This document shows, piece by piece, positions 37,234-49,001 of a DNA stretch of 64,000 nucleotides (position 1 is its first letter; every line of letters starts with the position of its first letter). The notes beneath the pieces were generated by a model. It did not search any database. It was given only the letters and a program-made list of their open reading frames with translations, and was not told the origin of the DNA. This DNA comes from Torpedo marmorata (Eukaryota), in contig OZ360220.1 of the NCBI GenBank assembly GCA_977017645.1, positions 207,700,001 through 207,764,000 on the forward strand, read 5' to 3'. Made by a program: the position numbers and the translations under genes.

Positions 37234-40200
37234 TATAGATTATAGTAAAATATTGGACAAGGTCCCCCATGAGAGACTCGTTCAGAAAGTCCTGAGGCAT
37301 GGGATCCATGGAACTTTGGCTGTGTGGATTAAAAATTGTCTTGTCTGTGGAAAGCAGAGTAGTAGTGATTTAAAAAGTATTCTACCTGGAGGTTAGTGAC
37401 TCGTCGAGTTCCGTTGGGATCTGTTCTGGGACCCCTGCTCTTTGTGATTTTTATAAATGACTTAGATGAAGAAGTGGAAGGATGGGTCAGTAAATTTGCG
37501 GATGATACGAAGGTTGGAGGAGTTGTAGAGAATGTTGAATGTTGTCGTAGGTTACAAAAGGATATAGACAGGATGCAGAGTTGGGCGGAAAAGTGGCAGA
37601 GGAAGTTCAATCCGGATAAGCGTGAGGTGATGCATTTTGGAAGGTCAAACCTGAATGCTGAGTACAGGGTTAATGGATGGACCCTTAACAGAGTGGAGGA
37701 ACAGAGGGACCTTGGGGTCCAAATCCATACATCTATCAAGGATGCCGTGCAGGTTAATAGGATAATTAAGAAGGCGTATGGGATACTGGGCTTTATTAAT
37801 AGGGTGATTAAGTTCAAGAGTCGAGAGGTGGGGGGACGTCACGTGATGCCGTAGAGTTAGGACGCAGTAACCCGACCCTCCTGGGATTGTTAAAAAAAGT
37901 TCGATTAAAAAAAACGTTTTTTAAAAGTTCTAACTTTCTTAAAAAAGTATTTAAGTACCAGGGAGAAAGTAATGATGCCTCAAAAAAAAGATAAAACAGC
38001 CAAAGCCTTACAAGATCCTGACTGCAAAAAGGCCTCGACGCCTGGGAGCTGAAGTTCAAACGGAGCCCCAAGAGGAGGCACCGCTGATGGGGACATCTGC
38101 TGGCACTGCTCGTCCTCGACGGCAAGAACATGGCGTCGGGGAGGAAGTCGGGCCGGCACTGTCCATTTCTCCAAGTCTTCTTTAATTTTTTTAAGCAATG
38201 GTAGATAATTCAATTTATATAAATTTTTAAATTTATTATCTGTTCGAACCCCAAGATATTTTATTCCCTTATGTGGCCATTTGAACTGGGTACTTCTTTT
38301 ACATAAAGTTTAATGTCCCTCTGTAAGGGGCATAATTTCACTTTTATCCCAATTTATCTTATAACTATAGACTTTCCCATATTCCTCCAATTTAAAATGC
38401 AATCTTTGCAAAGAAGTCTCAGGCTCCGTCAAATATATTAAGACATCATCCGCAAATAAACTAATTTTATGTTGCTCTTGACCAACTGTAAATCCCTTAA
38501 TTGCCAAATCACTTCTAATTGCCTCTGCTAATGGTTCTATAGCTAATATAAATAAAGCTGGTTACAACAGGCATCCCTGTCAGCTAGATCTTGTCAGGCA
38601 GAACGAAGTTGATATTTGTCCATTAGTCACTACTTTAGCTTTTGGAGCATTATGCTTTAATCCAATCTATATAAATCTTCCCAAATCCAAATTTCTCCAA
38701 TACTTTAAACAAAAAGTCCCACTCCAGTCTATCAAAAGCTTTCTCTGCGTCTCTCTGCTACACTTAGTACTTTTTTTTTTGAGCTAAATGAATAATACTA
38801 AGTAACCTTGCTACATTGTCGGCTGCTTGTCTCTTTTTTATAAAGCCTGTTTGATCCATATTTACTAATTTTGGCAAAAATGTTGTTATCTTATTTGTCA
38901 AGATTTTCGCCACAATCTTATAATCTGCATTCAATAATGAAATTGGTCTATATGACAACAGTTTCAGAGGGTCTCTATCTTTTTTTGGTATTACTGTAAT
39001 TATTGCAGTAGATAAAGATTCTGGAAGTGTATGAGTCACAGACGCTTGTTGTAACATATCCATGAAAATAGGAATTAATAATTCCTTAAATTCTTTATAA
39101 AACTCTGGTGGAAAATCATCCTCCCACGGTGCTTTATTACTTTGTAATGAACTCATTGCGTCTTTCACTTCCCTCTGCGTAAACTGGATACTTAATTCTA
39201 ATCACTCTTGCATATTTAATCTTGGTAAATTTATCTGTGATAAATATCCATCAATTTTACTATCATCTTGCAGAGATTCTGATTTGTATAAATCAGAGTA
39301 GAATTTTTTAAAAGAATCGTTTATTATTTGAGGTTTATAACTAATAACATCAGCCTCAATTTTATCTGCATTAATTGTTCTTGATGCCTGTTCTGTTTTT
39401 AATTGCCATGCTAATACTTTATGTGAGCGTTCTCCTAACTCGTAATATCTTTGCTTAGTTCTTGTAATAGTCGTCTCTGTTCTATAAGTCTGTAACATAT
39501 TATATTGAAGTTTTATATTAGTTAATTGTCTAAGTTTATCTACAGAGCTCCTCTGTTGTAAATCCTTTTCTAGAATCGTTATTTCTTTTTCTAATTGATC
39601 TATTTCTCTCATATAATCCTTTTTAATTTTTGAAGACTAACTTATGATTTGACCTCTTAAATATGCTTTCAAAGTTTCCCATATTACAAATTTATCAGGC
39701 ACGGAGTTTAGATTTGTTTCACAATATATCTGAATTTGCCTCCTTATAAAATCGCAAAAGTCTATTCTTTTTAATAATAAAGGATTTAATCTCCATCAAT
39801 GCCTTCTTTTCTATTTTTCTTTTAGTTTTTAGTAAGGGGAGGGAATTAAAGGGAGGGGAAGGGTGAAGGGTGGGTAATTTTATAGAGAGTGGGTTAAGAC
39901 TGGGGTTAGATACACCGTAATACAAATTATGTCTTTTATTTACCGGAATTAATAATGTATATTACGTATGTTGTATTACTTTTTTTTTTTTTTATATTTT
40001 ATTTAAGTTTTTAAATCACACATTACATAAAATAATTTGCATATAATTCTTAAAAAATACATGTGATTACATTTTCTCCCCCCCTCGTCCCACCCTCCCC
40101 TCCCTAACCCCTATACCCCCCTAATCTAATTAAGATATAATATAATAAAATAATAATAGTAAAAGAAAAAGAGAAAAAAAAGAGATAGAAAGATAGAGCG

Positions 40201-40283
40201 AGGAGTCAATAAGCTTAAAAAAAAACCAAAAAACTAGTATATCTTAGAGGTTATTTTGCCGGTAGGTCTAATATCCAGAGAGT

Positions 40284-43200
40284 TCACAATGTTAAACCCA
40301 TAATCCTCGTATATGGGCCCCAAATTTTCAAAAAAGAATGATATTTATTTCGTAAATTATAAGTAATTTTTTCCAATGGTATACATGACCGTAACTCTGC
40401 ATGCCATCGTTCTAGATTTAAATCAACATCCGATTTCCAAGTAATAGCTATACATTTTTTCGAAACTGCTAATACTATACGTAAAAATTCTACTTGATAC
40501 ATATTCAATTTATGTCTAATACTAAAGTTTTTAATATCTCCAAATAAAAATAACATAGGATCCATTGTAATTTCAACACTAAAAATTCTTTCTAAAAAAT
40601 TCTTAACTTTCAACCAAAAATCTTGAATTTTTGAACATGACCATGTACAATGTACAAAAGATCCTATTTCAGTTTTACATCTAAAACACATATCTGATAA
40701 CGCTGAATTAAATTTCTTCAGTTTTTTAGGTGTCAAATACAATTGATGAAAAAAATTATATTGTACTAATCTATATCTCACATTAATAACTTTTGTCATA
40801 CTTAGTTTACATAAATCTTTCCAATGTTTTTCGTCTATATTAACATTCAAATCTAATTCCCATTTCAATCTAGACTTATGTTCTCCTACCTTAGACATCT
40901 TTCTTTGAAACAACTTATACATTTGTGATATAAATTTATTAACATTGACTTTGGTAATTAATAACTCCAATTCATTTTGTCTTGGTATTGTTAATTCATT
41001 CCCTAATCTCTCAGTCAAAAAAGCTTTAACTTGAAAATAAACTAACATTGTATTATCTAATATATTAAATTTTTCTTTTAACCTCTGAAAGGTAACAAAT
41101 CTACCTGCTTCAAAACAATCTTTTAGTGTCTTAACTCCCTTTAAAAACCATAACTTAAGTAACTGATTATCCATAGAAAATGGTAAAAGCGGATTCTGAT
41201 ATATTGGTGTATTTAAAGAAATTAATCCTTTTTGACCTATCTCCTTATCTACTTGCGACCAAATTTCCAACAAATATTTAATAATTGGTGTTTTTTTCTT
41301 TTTAAGTAATAATAATTTAGGATTCCATTTATAAATAATATCTTCTTTATGTATTTCTCCCATATTATTCAATTCTATATTAATCCAAGCAGAAGATTTA
41401 TTTAAATCAAAAAATTCATTAATAAATTTTAACTGAGCTACTTTATAATAATGTTGAAAATTAGGAAGTTGTAATCCTCCCATCTCATAATTCCATGTTA
41501 ATTTATCTATACTTACTCTTGCTAACTTTCCTTTCCATAGAAATTTCCTAACAATAAATTTTAAATCTTTAAAAAATTTATTTGGAATACCATAAGGAAT
41601 CGATTGAAAAAGATATTGAATTCTTGGAAAAACATTCATTTTAATACAATTTACTCTTCCCATCAACGTTATAGGTAAGTCTTTCCAAAGCTCTAAATCT
41701 TTTTTTTTTTTCGTAAATAAAGGTGTATAGTTTAATTTATACAAATTTTCCAAATTTGTGTCCACTTTGACTCCCAAGTATTTAATACTCTCTGTAGTCC
41801 ATTTAAAATCTGTAACTTCTTTACATCTAGTGTAATCCCCTTGTGATAAAGCCAAAATCTCACTTTTATCTGAATTAATCTTATATCCTGATATCTCACC
41901 ATATTCTGTCAATATAATAGCCAATTGTTGAAGTGATGTAACAGATTTTGTCATATATATTAATACATCGTCTGCGAACAAACTAATCTTATGCTCTTCC
42001 CTACCGACCTTTATTCCCATTATGTTTATATCTTCTCTAATCATTTCTGTTAAAGGTTCTATTACCAACACAAACAAAGCAGGTGATAAAGGGCATCCCT
42101 GTCGTGTTGATCTTGATAATAAGAATTTTTGCGATATCTGTCCATTTGTAACTACTTTAGCCGTAGGTTCTTTATATATAGTTTTAATCCAATTTATAAA
42201 ATTATCTCCAAATCCAAATTTTTCCAAAACCTTAAATAAGAAATTCCACTCTACTCTATCAAATGCCTTCTCTGCATCCAATGTTACCACCAGTGGTAAA
42301 TCTTGTTTCTTCTTATATACATTGATTAAACTTAACAGTCTAGCTATATTATCTTTCGAATATCTATTTTTAATAAATCCGGCTTGATCTGAATGTATTA
42401 AATTTGGTAAATATTTAGCTAATCTATTTGCTAAAATCTTCGCCATTATCTTATAATCTACATTTAACAATGAAATAGGCCTATAAGATTCTGTTTTTAA
42501 TACATCTCTATCTTTCTTTGGTATAACCGTAATGATAGCATTTAGAAATGTCTTCGGTAATAAATGAGTTTCCTTAACTTGATTCAATACCTCCATATAC
42601 AAAGGTATCAATAAATCTTTAAATTCTTTATAAAATTCTACTGGAAATCCATCATCACCTGGAGATTTACCACTTCTCAACGTCGATATTGCTTCAGTAA
42701 CTTCTCTCATCGTAAAAGGTAAATCCAAAGAATATTTACTCTGAACACTCAATTTAGGTAAAGTAATTTTAGATAAAAATCTATTTATCTTCGTTTCATC
42801 TTGATCTGTCTCAGATCTATATAAATTCTGATAATATTCTTTAAAAGATTCATTTATTTCTTGTGGCTTATATGTTATTTCCCCAGTATTTCTCTTCCTT
42901 ATAGCATTAATTGTTTTAGAAGCTTGCTCTTTTTTCAATTGCCATGATAACACCTTGTGTGCCTTTTCCCCTAACTCATAATATCTTTGTTTTGTTCTTA
43001 CTATCAATTTTTCAGTCTTACGCGTTTGCAATAAATTATAGTGTAATTTCCTCCTTACTAAGCGATTCCTCTTAAGAATAGACCGGTTTCTCTGTGAATC
43101 TTTTTCCATAATTTCAATCTCCTTCTCTAATTTTTCTTCTTCTCTCAGATAATCTTTTTTTATCTTTGCTGAAAAACTTATTATTAAACCTCTTAAATAG

Positions 43201-44075
43201 GCTTTCAAAGCTTCCCATACCATAAATTTATCATCTACCGAATTATTATTTACTCTTAAAAATTCCTGAATTTCTCGTCTCATATATTCACAAAAATCCT
43301 TCCTTTTCAATAATAAAGAATCAAATCTCCAGTTATAAATAGTTTTTTCTTTCTCTGGGATTATACATGTCATTAATAAAGGTGAATGATCCGAAATTAT
43401 TCTTGCTTTATAAGATATCTGTGTTATTCTTTCTTGAAGTTGTGAAGACAATAAAAATAAATCTATCCTGGAAAAAGAATTGTGTCTAAATGAATAAAAT
43501 GAATAGTCCTTCTCTCTAGGTTTCAATTTTCTCCAAATATCCACCAAATTTAAATCCTCCATCAAATTAACTATCTTTTTCACTATTTTTGGTCTAACAG
43601 ATGTTTTAGAAGTTTTATCCATTATTGCATTTAAACAACAATTAAAATCACCACCAACTAAAATATTTTCTTTAGCATCTGATAAATGTAGAAAAGCATC
43701 TTGAATAAACTGTTCATCATCTGGATTTGACACATACAAATTCATAAGAGTCCAAAATTCTGAATAAATTTGACAATAAATCAAAACATATCTGCCTGCC
43801 GTATCTATCACTGTCGATTGTATCCTGAAAGGCAACTTTTTATTAACTAAAATAGCAACTCCCCTAGCTCTAGAATTAAATGATGAAGCTACAACATGTC
43901 CTACCCAATCTCTTTTCAATTTCTGGTGTTCAACATCCGTCAAATGAGTTTCTTGTAAAAAGGCTATGTCTACCTTCAATTTTTTTATATATGTCAAAGT
44001 TCTTTTCCTTTTAATTGGATTATTAAGCCCATTTATATTAATACTAACTAAGTTTATACTCTTAGAATCCCCCAT
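40284..44075 (-). CDS. Intact L1 ORF2p (APE endonuclease, RT, CCHC)
   Basis: Open frame from ATG 44075 (MGDSKSINLVSININGL) with LQETH, GDFN, SRID, SDH, RQGCPLSP, FADD and CFRC...HCTWSC. Confidence 0.95.
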   Translation of the reverse strand: MGDSKSINLVSININGLNNPIKRKRTLTYIKKLKVDIAFLQETHLTDVEHQKLKRDWVGHVVASSFNSRARGVAILVNKKLPFRIQSTVIDTAGRYVLIYCQIYSEFWTLMNLYVSNPDDEQFIQDAFLHLSDAKENILVGGDFNCCLNAIMDKTSKTSVRPKIVKKIVNLMEDLNLVDIWRKLKPREKDYSFYSFRHNSFSRIDLFLLSSQLQERITQISYKARIISDHSPLLMTCIIPEKEKTIYNWRFDSLLLKRKDFCEYMRREIQEFLRVNNNSVDDKFMVWEALKAYLRGLIISFSAKIKKDYLREEEKLEKEIEIMEKDSQRNRSILKRNRLVRRKLHYNLLQTRKTEKLIVRTKQRYYELGEKAHKVLSWQLKKEQASKTINAIRKRNTGEITYKPQEINESFKEYYQNLYRSETDQDETKINRFLSKITLPKLSVQSKYSLDLPFTMREVTEAISTLRSGKSPGDDGFPVEFYKEFKDLLIPLYMEVLNQVKETHLLPKTFLNAIITVIPKKDRDVLKTESYRPISLLNVDYKIMAKILANRLAKYLPNLIHSDQAGFIKNRYSKDNIARLLSLINVYKKKQDLPLVVTLDAEKAFDRVEWNFLFKVLEKFGFGDNFINWIKTIYKEPTAKVVTNGQISQKFLLSRSTRQGCPLSPALFVLVIEPLTEMIREDINIMGIKVGREEHKISLFADDVLIYMTKSVTSLQQLAIILTEYGEISGYKINSDKSEILALSQGDYTRCKEVTDFKWTTESIKYLGVKVDTNLENLYKLNYTPLFTKKKKDLELWKDLPITLMGRVNCIKMNVFPRIQYLFQSIPYGIPNKFFKDLKFIVRKFLWKGKLARVSIDKLTWNYEMGGLQLPNFQHYYKVAQLKFINEFFDLNKSSAWINIELNNMGEIHKEDIIYKWNPKLLLLKKKKTPIIKYLLEIWSQVDKEIGQKGLISLNTPIYQNPLLPFSMDNQLLKLWFLKGVKTLKDCFEAGRFVTFQRLKEKFNILDNTMLVYFQVKAFLTERLGNELTIPRQNELELLITKVNVNKFISQMYKLFQRKMSKVGEHKSRLKWELDLNVNIDEKHWKDLCKLSMTKVINVRYRLVQYNFFHQLYLTPKKLKKFNSALSDMCFRCKTEIGSFVHCTWSCSKIQDFWLKVKNFLERIFSVEITMDPMLFLFGDIKNFSIRHKLNMYQVEFLRIVLAVSKKCIAITWKSDVDLNLERWHAELRSCIPLEKITYNLRNKYHSFLKIWGPYTRIMGLTL

Positions 44076-44376
44076 AATCAAATAATAATCCTTCCCTGTC
44101 AATCAGATCCACCAGCGTGTCCCTCTTACTCATCTGCATATATATGTCCTCCTCAGTTAGAATGAAAGAAAGAAACATTAAAATAAGAAAAAAAAACCCT
44201 ATAAAGAACACTGGTCTTCTATTCCCAGTGTTACCCCCCTCCATTGTTCGAGAAGCGGTTCTCGCCGCTAAAGTGGTGATAGGTTCGGAAGAAGTGCTCG
44301 TACACCCACCTCCCCCCAACAGATTTATATAATATCCAAAATGTTTTCAATTAACGTCTCCCACAATAATATTATC

Positions 44377-45105
44377 TCATTCTTCTTCAACTTGAATTAA
44401 AGTATTTTCTCCTGATATCCCGGGTATCTCATAATCTCGGTGTACTTGATTTCTCTGATCTTGTTGTTCTAAAGTATTCTGAAAGTTTCTTGATCGACGC
44501 GGAAGAGCTTTTGCATGAGAAAGCGCCGCTTCATGATCCGTAAACAATATAAATATTTCATCATTGTCCTGGATCCTCAAACTTGCTGGATATTTAAACG
44601 AGAACTTATATCCTTTATCCCATAATATAGCCTTTGCTGGATTAAACTCTTTTCGTTGCTTAACCACCATTGTGCTTAAATCAGGGTAAAAGAAACTCTG
44701 TTTCCTTCCATAACCATCGGGCCTCTATTGTCCCGCGCTTTTTGAATTGCCATCTTTAAGATTTTTTCCCTATCTTGATATCTAAGGCATTTCATCAAAA
44801 CTGGACGAGGTCTCCGGTCCGCTTGGTTTCTCCTTCCAACTCTATGCGCTCTTTCCAATTCCATTGATTGGTCAAGATTAAATGTCTGCACCAACCAATT
44901 CTGAAAAAATCCTGTTGCGTCCTGTGTCTCAGTTCCTTCCGGTATTCCCAATATTTTAACATTATTTCTTCGACTTTGATTTTCCATCGGATCCATCTTC
45001 TGCATTAAATGATCACGTTGTAATTGCCAGCCCGTAAAAGTATCTTCCATAGTGTTCACTCTCTCTTTGCAATATTCAACATCCTCTTCTACTTGTTTTA
45101 CTCTA
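44377..45105 (-). pseudogene. L1 ORF1p C-terminal part (coiled coil, RRM, CTD), frameshifted
   Basis: MENQSRRNNVKILGIPEG, ERAHR, RPRPVL, YPASL, with a frameshift near 44680. Confidence 0.88.
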
Positions 45106-45240
45106 GTAGGGGGGCGTGGCGTGATGGCATAGGAAGAAGACGCAGAAGAACACCACTCCCGACAGATAAAACTAAGAAGACTGTTTAATTAACCTTCTTT
45201 ATAAGTTAGAATACTTTGAATAGTATTAACAGCTGCTACA

Positions 45241-45837
45241 ATGGCCACAAGAAAAAAAACAAAGGAACAGAAGCCTAAGAAAAGTTCAAAATCGGTAAAA
45301 CAGTTATCCAAAGTATATGAAGAAAACAGGCCTACCTTTACTTTGGATCCGGGGACTGAAGTTGTGATGGAGCCCAAGGTCCAGCGGAGGATACGGAAGG
45401 AGGAGTCGGTGGTGACGGCGCCAGCTCCGCAGGGAGCTGCGGAAGATGGCGCCGACACCCGACGTCGGACTACAAGAACCAGCATGGAATCACTGCGCAC
45501 GCGCGAACCGGCAGGACTCGGCAAGCTGCAAAAACAGGCAGCTGGATCAGAAATGACGTCTGTGAGGACTCCTCAGGCTATACTTCAGCCTGAGGAGCTG
45601 GAAGGATCGTTAGAATCAGAAGAAGAGAGAGAGGAAGACAGTGATGATGATGATGAAGAAGAAATGTCTTCTGAAGATGTGCAAGTTATAAAAAAGGTAA
45701 CAGGAGCAGATAAAGAAAATTTTAAAACTGTATTATTGGCCATTGTAAAGTTAGATAGAAGTGTGAAACAAAGATTTACTCAACTTGAATATGAATTGAA
45801 AAAAGAAATTCGGGAAGTAAGAAAAGACATGAATAAA
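45241..45837 (+). pseudogene. Inverted N-terminal part of L1 ORF1p
   Basis: MATRKKTK..., an acidic tract and the start of a coiled coil, preceded by a 5' UTR starting GGGGGGCGTGGCGTGATGG. Confidence 0.8.
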
Positions 45838-48754
45838 ACGTATGTTGTATTACTGTGAGAAAATTTAAAATTCAAAATAAAATAATTTAAAAAAAAGAGT
45901 CGAGAGGTCATGTTGCAACTTGAAAAATCTCTGGTGAGACCACACTTGTATTGTTCTGGTCATTTCTGGTCACCTCATTTTAGGAAGGGTGTGGAAACTA
46001 TGGAGAGTTTGCAGAGATTTACCAGGATGTTGCCTGGATTGGAAAATAAGACTTATGAGGCAAGGTTGGCAGAGCTGGGACTTTTTACTTTGCGGGGGAA
46101 GGATGAGAGGTGCCTTAATAGAGGTCTACAGGATTTTGAGAGGCATAGATAAGGTAGACAGACAGCACTTTTTTCCCCATGGTGGATGTAGCAAACACCA
46201 GAGGACATCTGTACAAAGTGAAGGGAGGAAAATTTAGGGGAAACATCAGGGGTAATTTTTTTACACAGAGAGTTGTGGGTGCCTGGAATGCCTTGCCAGA
46301 GGTGGTGGTGGAGGCTGAAACATTAGGGGCATTTAAAAGGCTCCTAGATAGGCACATGGATGAAATAAAAATAGAGGGTTACGTGATAGGAAGGGGTTTA
46401 GTATTTTTTTATTGGAATATATAGGTCGGCACAACATCGAGGGCCAAAGGGCCTGTACTGTGCTGTAATGTAATGTTCTATGTTCTATGTTATGAGGTGC
46501 GGGTTTTGATGTATCTTTCCAATGCATTTAAAATTCCAATCAGCTCCATCAGTAAATTCATTGATGAAGAGAAATAAAATGACTCAAAGAACTGTATCCA
46601 ATGGAAGATTTGGTAGGATTCAGCGTAGATGGACTAAATGCAGGCAAAGGGGACCAGCCCAGAATGCCAAATTGCTCGGAATGGACATTGGGTAAAGGAG
46701 CTGTTCAATGCTATAACTCCATGAGATGAGAAGAAATCTCTTCACCCAGAGGAGAGTGAGCCTTTCAAATAATCTACCTAAGAAAGCTGTGGAAACTGAG
46801 TTGCTGAGGTTATTCAAGAAACCCCCCACCCCGCGATAGTTTGGACATGAAGAAATCTGGGGTTAATGCAGAATAATGGTGTTGAGGTAGAAGATGAGCC
46901 ATGAGCAAATGGCTTATTCCTGCACTATTTCTTAATGTTGATTTCTTGAATGTGTAGAAATCACCTCTCAATTTCAGGAGTGTGATAAAATATTCTTCAC
47001 CAGCATGAACAGGTGCAGGTACAGCTATCCAGGACAAATTAATATATTCAATTGGCACCCTAGCCATCATATGAACATGTTTTCCTGGATCCAAAGCTTT
47101 ATTTTATGTTGTCATATTTTTGCCCAACTTTCCTGTCAACATTCATTTGAAACCTGTCACAATGAAACCATGCTCTCCTGCAAATTGGAGATATTATGCT
47201 GAATAAGAAAACATCCATCACAGATCAAGTATCACGCTGAGGTGCGATGAACTACAATGATTTTTAGTGAAAGCCAGCATATTTGAGTATCAACACTGCA
47301 GTGATTTTTCTCTGTTAGATTTAACTAATTAATTTACAATGTGAATTTGTCTTGATGAAATCCGAACTAGGCTGTTCAAATGTGAGATGACCATTGGAAT
47401 CATTTTCCTGACCCCAGACTATCTGCACAACACCATGGAGGTCTATCTTGCATATTCACATCTATAAAGTAAGGAAGAAATGCTTGCATTTTTGCGTTGA
47501 GTATCAGAATCTCAGATGCTAAGGTGCTTTTACGGCCAATAAAGTACTTTTGAAGTGTTTGCAGTGTGGTCATTAGTGTGAGAAATAGATAAACTAGTCT
47601 GAGCGTAGTTGTTCCAACAAGTCAGCAAATCTTCTGTACATTCCTGACATCACTTCTCAGCTTCTTTCTCTTCTACCCTCCAACCTGTTAGCCTGTGCTC
47701 CTCCTCTTCCCCTTCCTCCCCCCTCCCCCTCTGCCCTTATATTCAGGCATCTGCCTGTTTTTCGACATTCATGACAAAGGGCTCAGGCCCGAAATATTGA
47801 CTGCCTTTTACTTCTTATGGATGCTGTGTGACCTGCTGAGTTTCTCCAGCACTTTTGTGTACTGCAGTTAAAATCTTAGTGACCTGAAGTTTTTTGAGAT
47901 GTTAACTGAGGAATAAGTATTGAGCACGACATTGGGGGAAACTCCTCTGCTGATGGCCTGAAAGGACAGAGATTTACTTTTAACCTCTCATCTGTAAGAA
48001 TCACCTCCAACAATACAGCTCTCCGATTGTACCACACTGATGACTTAGCCTACATTTTGCACTGAAGTAGCTAGATAATATTTTTAACTTGCAACAAGCA
48101 TGCCAGAAGTCGTTATTCATGTGTTCACTGTCAAACATCCATCCTAACAAATCTCAAACCTGCTGTGAATGCTATTCTAAGGAGAAAAGACAATTCAGGC
48201 AGTCCACGCTGAGACTGGATCTGTTCATTAACCCTTCGGAGTCCAGCCATTTTTAACCTTTCAGAATACATACTCCAGACTGGGTCCAAGGGTAAACTAC
48301 AGTACGGACACCAGTATGAACCAGCTGGTAGTTGGGTATAAAACAAGTCCCAGAAAAAGGGGACACGGAGTATATGCACTTGTTGATAGTCCCTGAAAAC
48401 AGGGACACGGAGACCAAAGGGTTAAGTTTCAATTCTACACGCCATTATGTAACAGACATAAGGAGGAAATGAATTTCTGGAGGTGGTCAAATTTGAGAGG
48501 GATACTTCACAGCTCATCTAGATTGATAGATTCAAGAACTTTTCTGAGGTCAGTGAAAGCCCATGTATAATAGTTGCTGTTACTCCCCACATTTTTCTTG
48601 GAGTTGGCAAAAAGTGAAGATCACATTCCACTGTGTCTCCAGATGGGCAAAATCCATCATGTAATTTGAGTTACATCTCCATCCTCTGGGAGATGATAGT
48701 TGAGGAAGATTGTGGTGATGATTTTTCCTGCAGTGATCAGCAATGAGACCCTTC

Positions 48755-49001
48755 TTAAATTTTAAATTTAGACATACAGCACGGTAACAGGCCATTTTGG
48801 CCCACGAGTCCGTGCCGCACAATTTACACCCAATTAACCTACACTCCCAGTACGTTTCGAACGGTGAGAGGAAACCGTAGCCCCCAGGGAAAACCCACGC
48901 AGACACAGGGAGAACATACAAACTCCTTACAGACAGCGCGGGATTCGAACCCCAGTGCTGTAAAGGCATTGCGCTAACCGCTACGCCAACCATGCCGCCC
49001 C
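48755..49001 (-). mobile_element. tRNA-derived V-SINE (HE1-like)
   Basis: Reverse complement of the 20741-20995 family. Confidence 0.85.

Larger units (their letters stand above)
39981..45837 (-). mobile_element. Inner near full-length L1 with 5' inversion
   Basis: Poly(T) at ~39980-39993; TSD ACGTATGTTGTATTACT (39964-39980 and 45838-45854); the 5' UTR and ORF1 N-terminus are inverted at 45109-45837. Confidence 0.9.
37830..45894 (+). mobile_element. Rearranged outer L1 element (5' end, inverted ORF2 piece, 3' UTR, poly(A))
   Basis: 14-bp TSD AAGAGTCGAGAGGT (37816-37829 and 45895-45908); G-run 5' start; antisense ORF2 at 38161-~39790 with FADD; G-rich 3' UTR split by the inner L1. Confidence 0.85.
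32020..46495 (+). mobile_element. Near full-length degenerate CR1 LINE interrupted by several insertions
   Basis: ORF1 remnants (YTCKRCNQLQ; esterase-like DGLHLN); endonuclease (CIYFNVRSIRNK, VTETWL, LDLVL, SDHN); RT (NYRPVSLTSV, GSVLGPLLF, KFADDTK); 3' end at 45895-46495 with a (TATGTTC)n tail. Confidence 0.88.
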
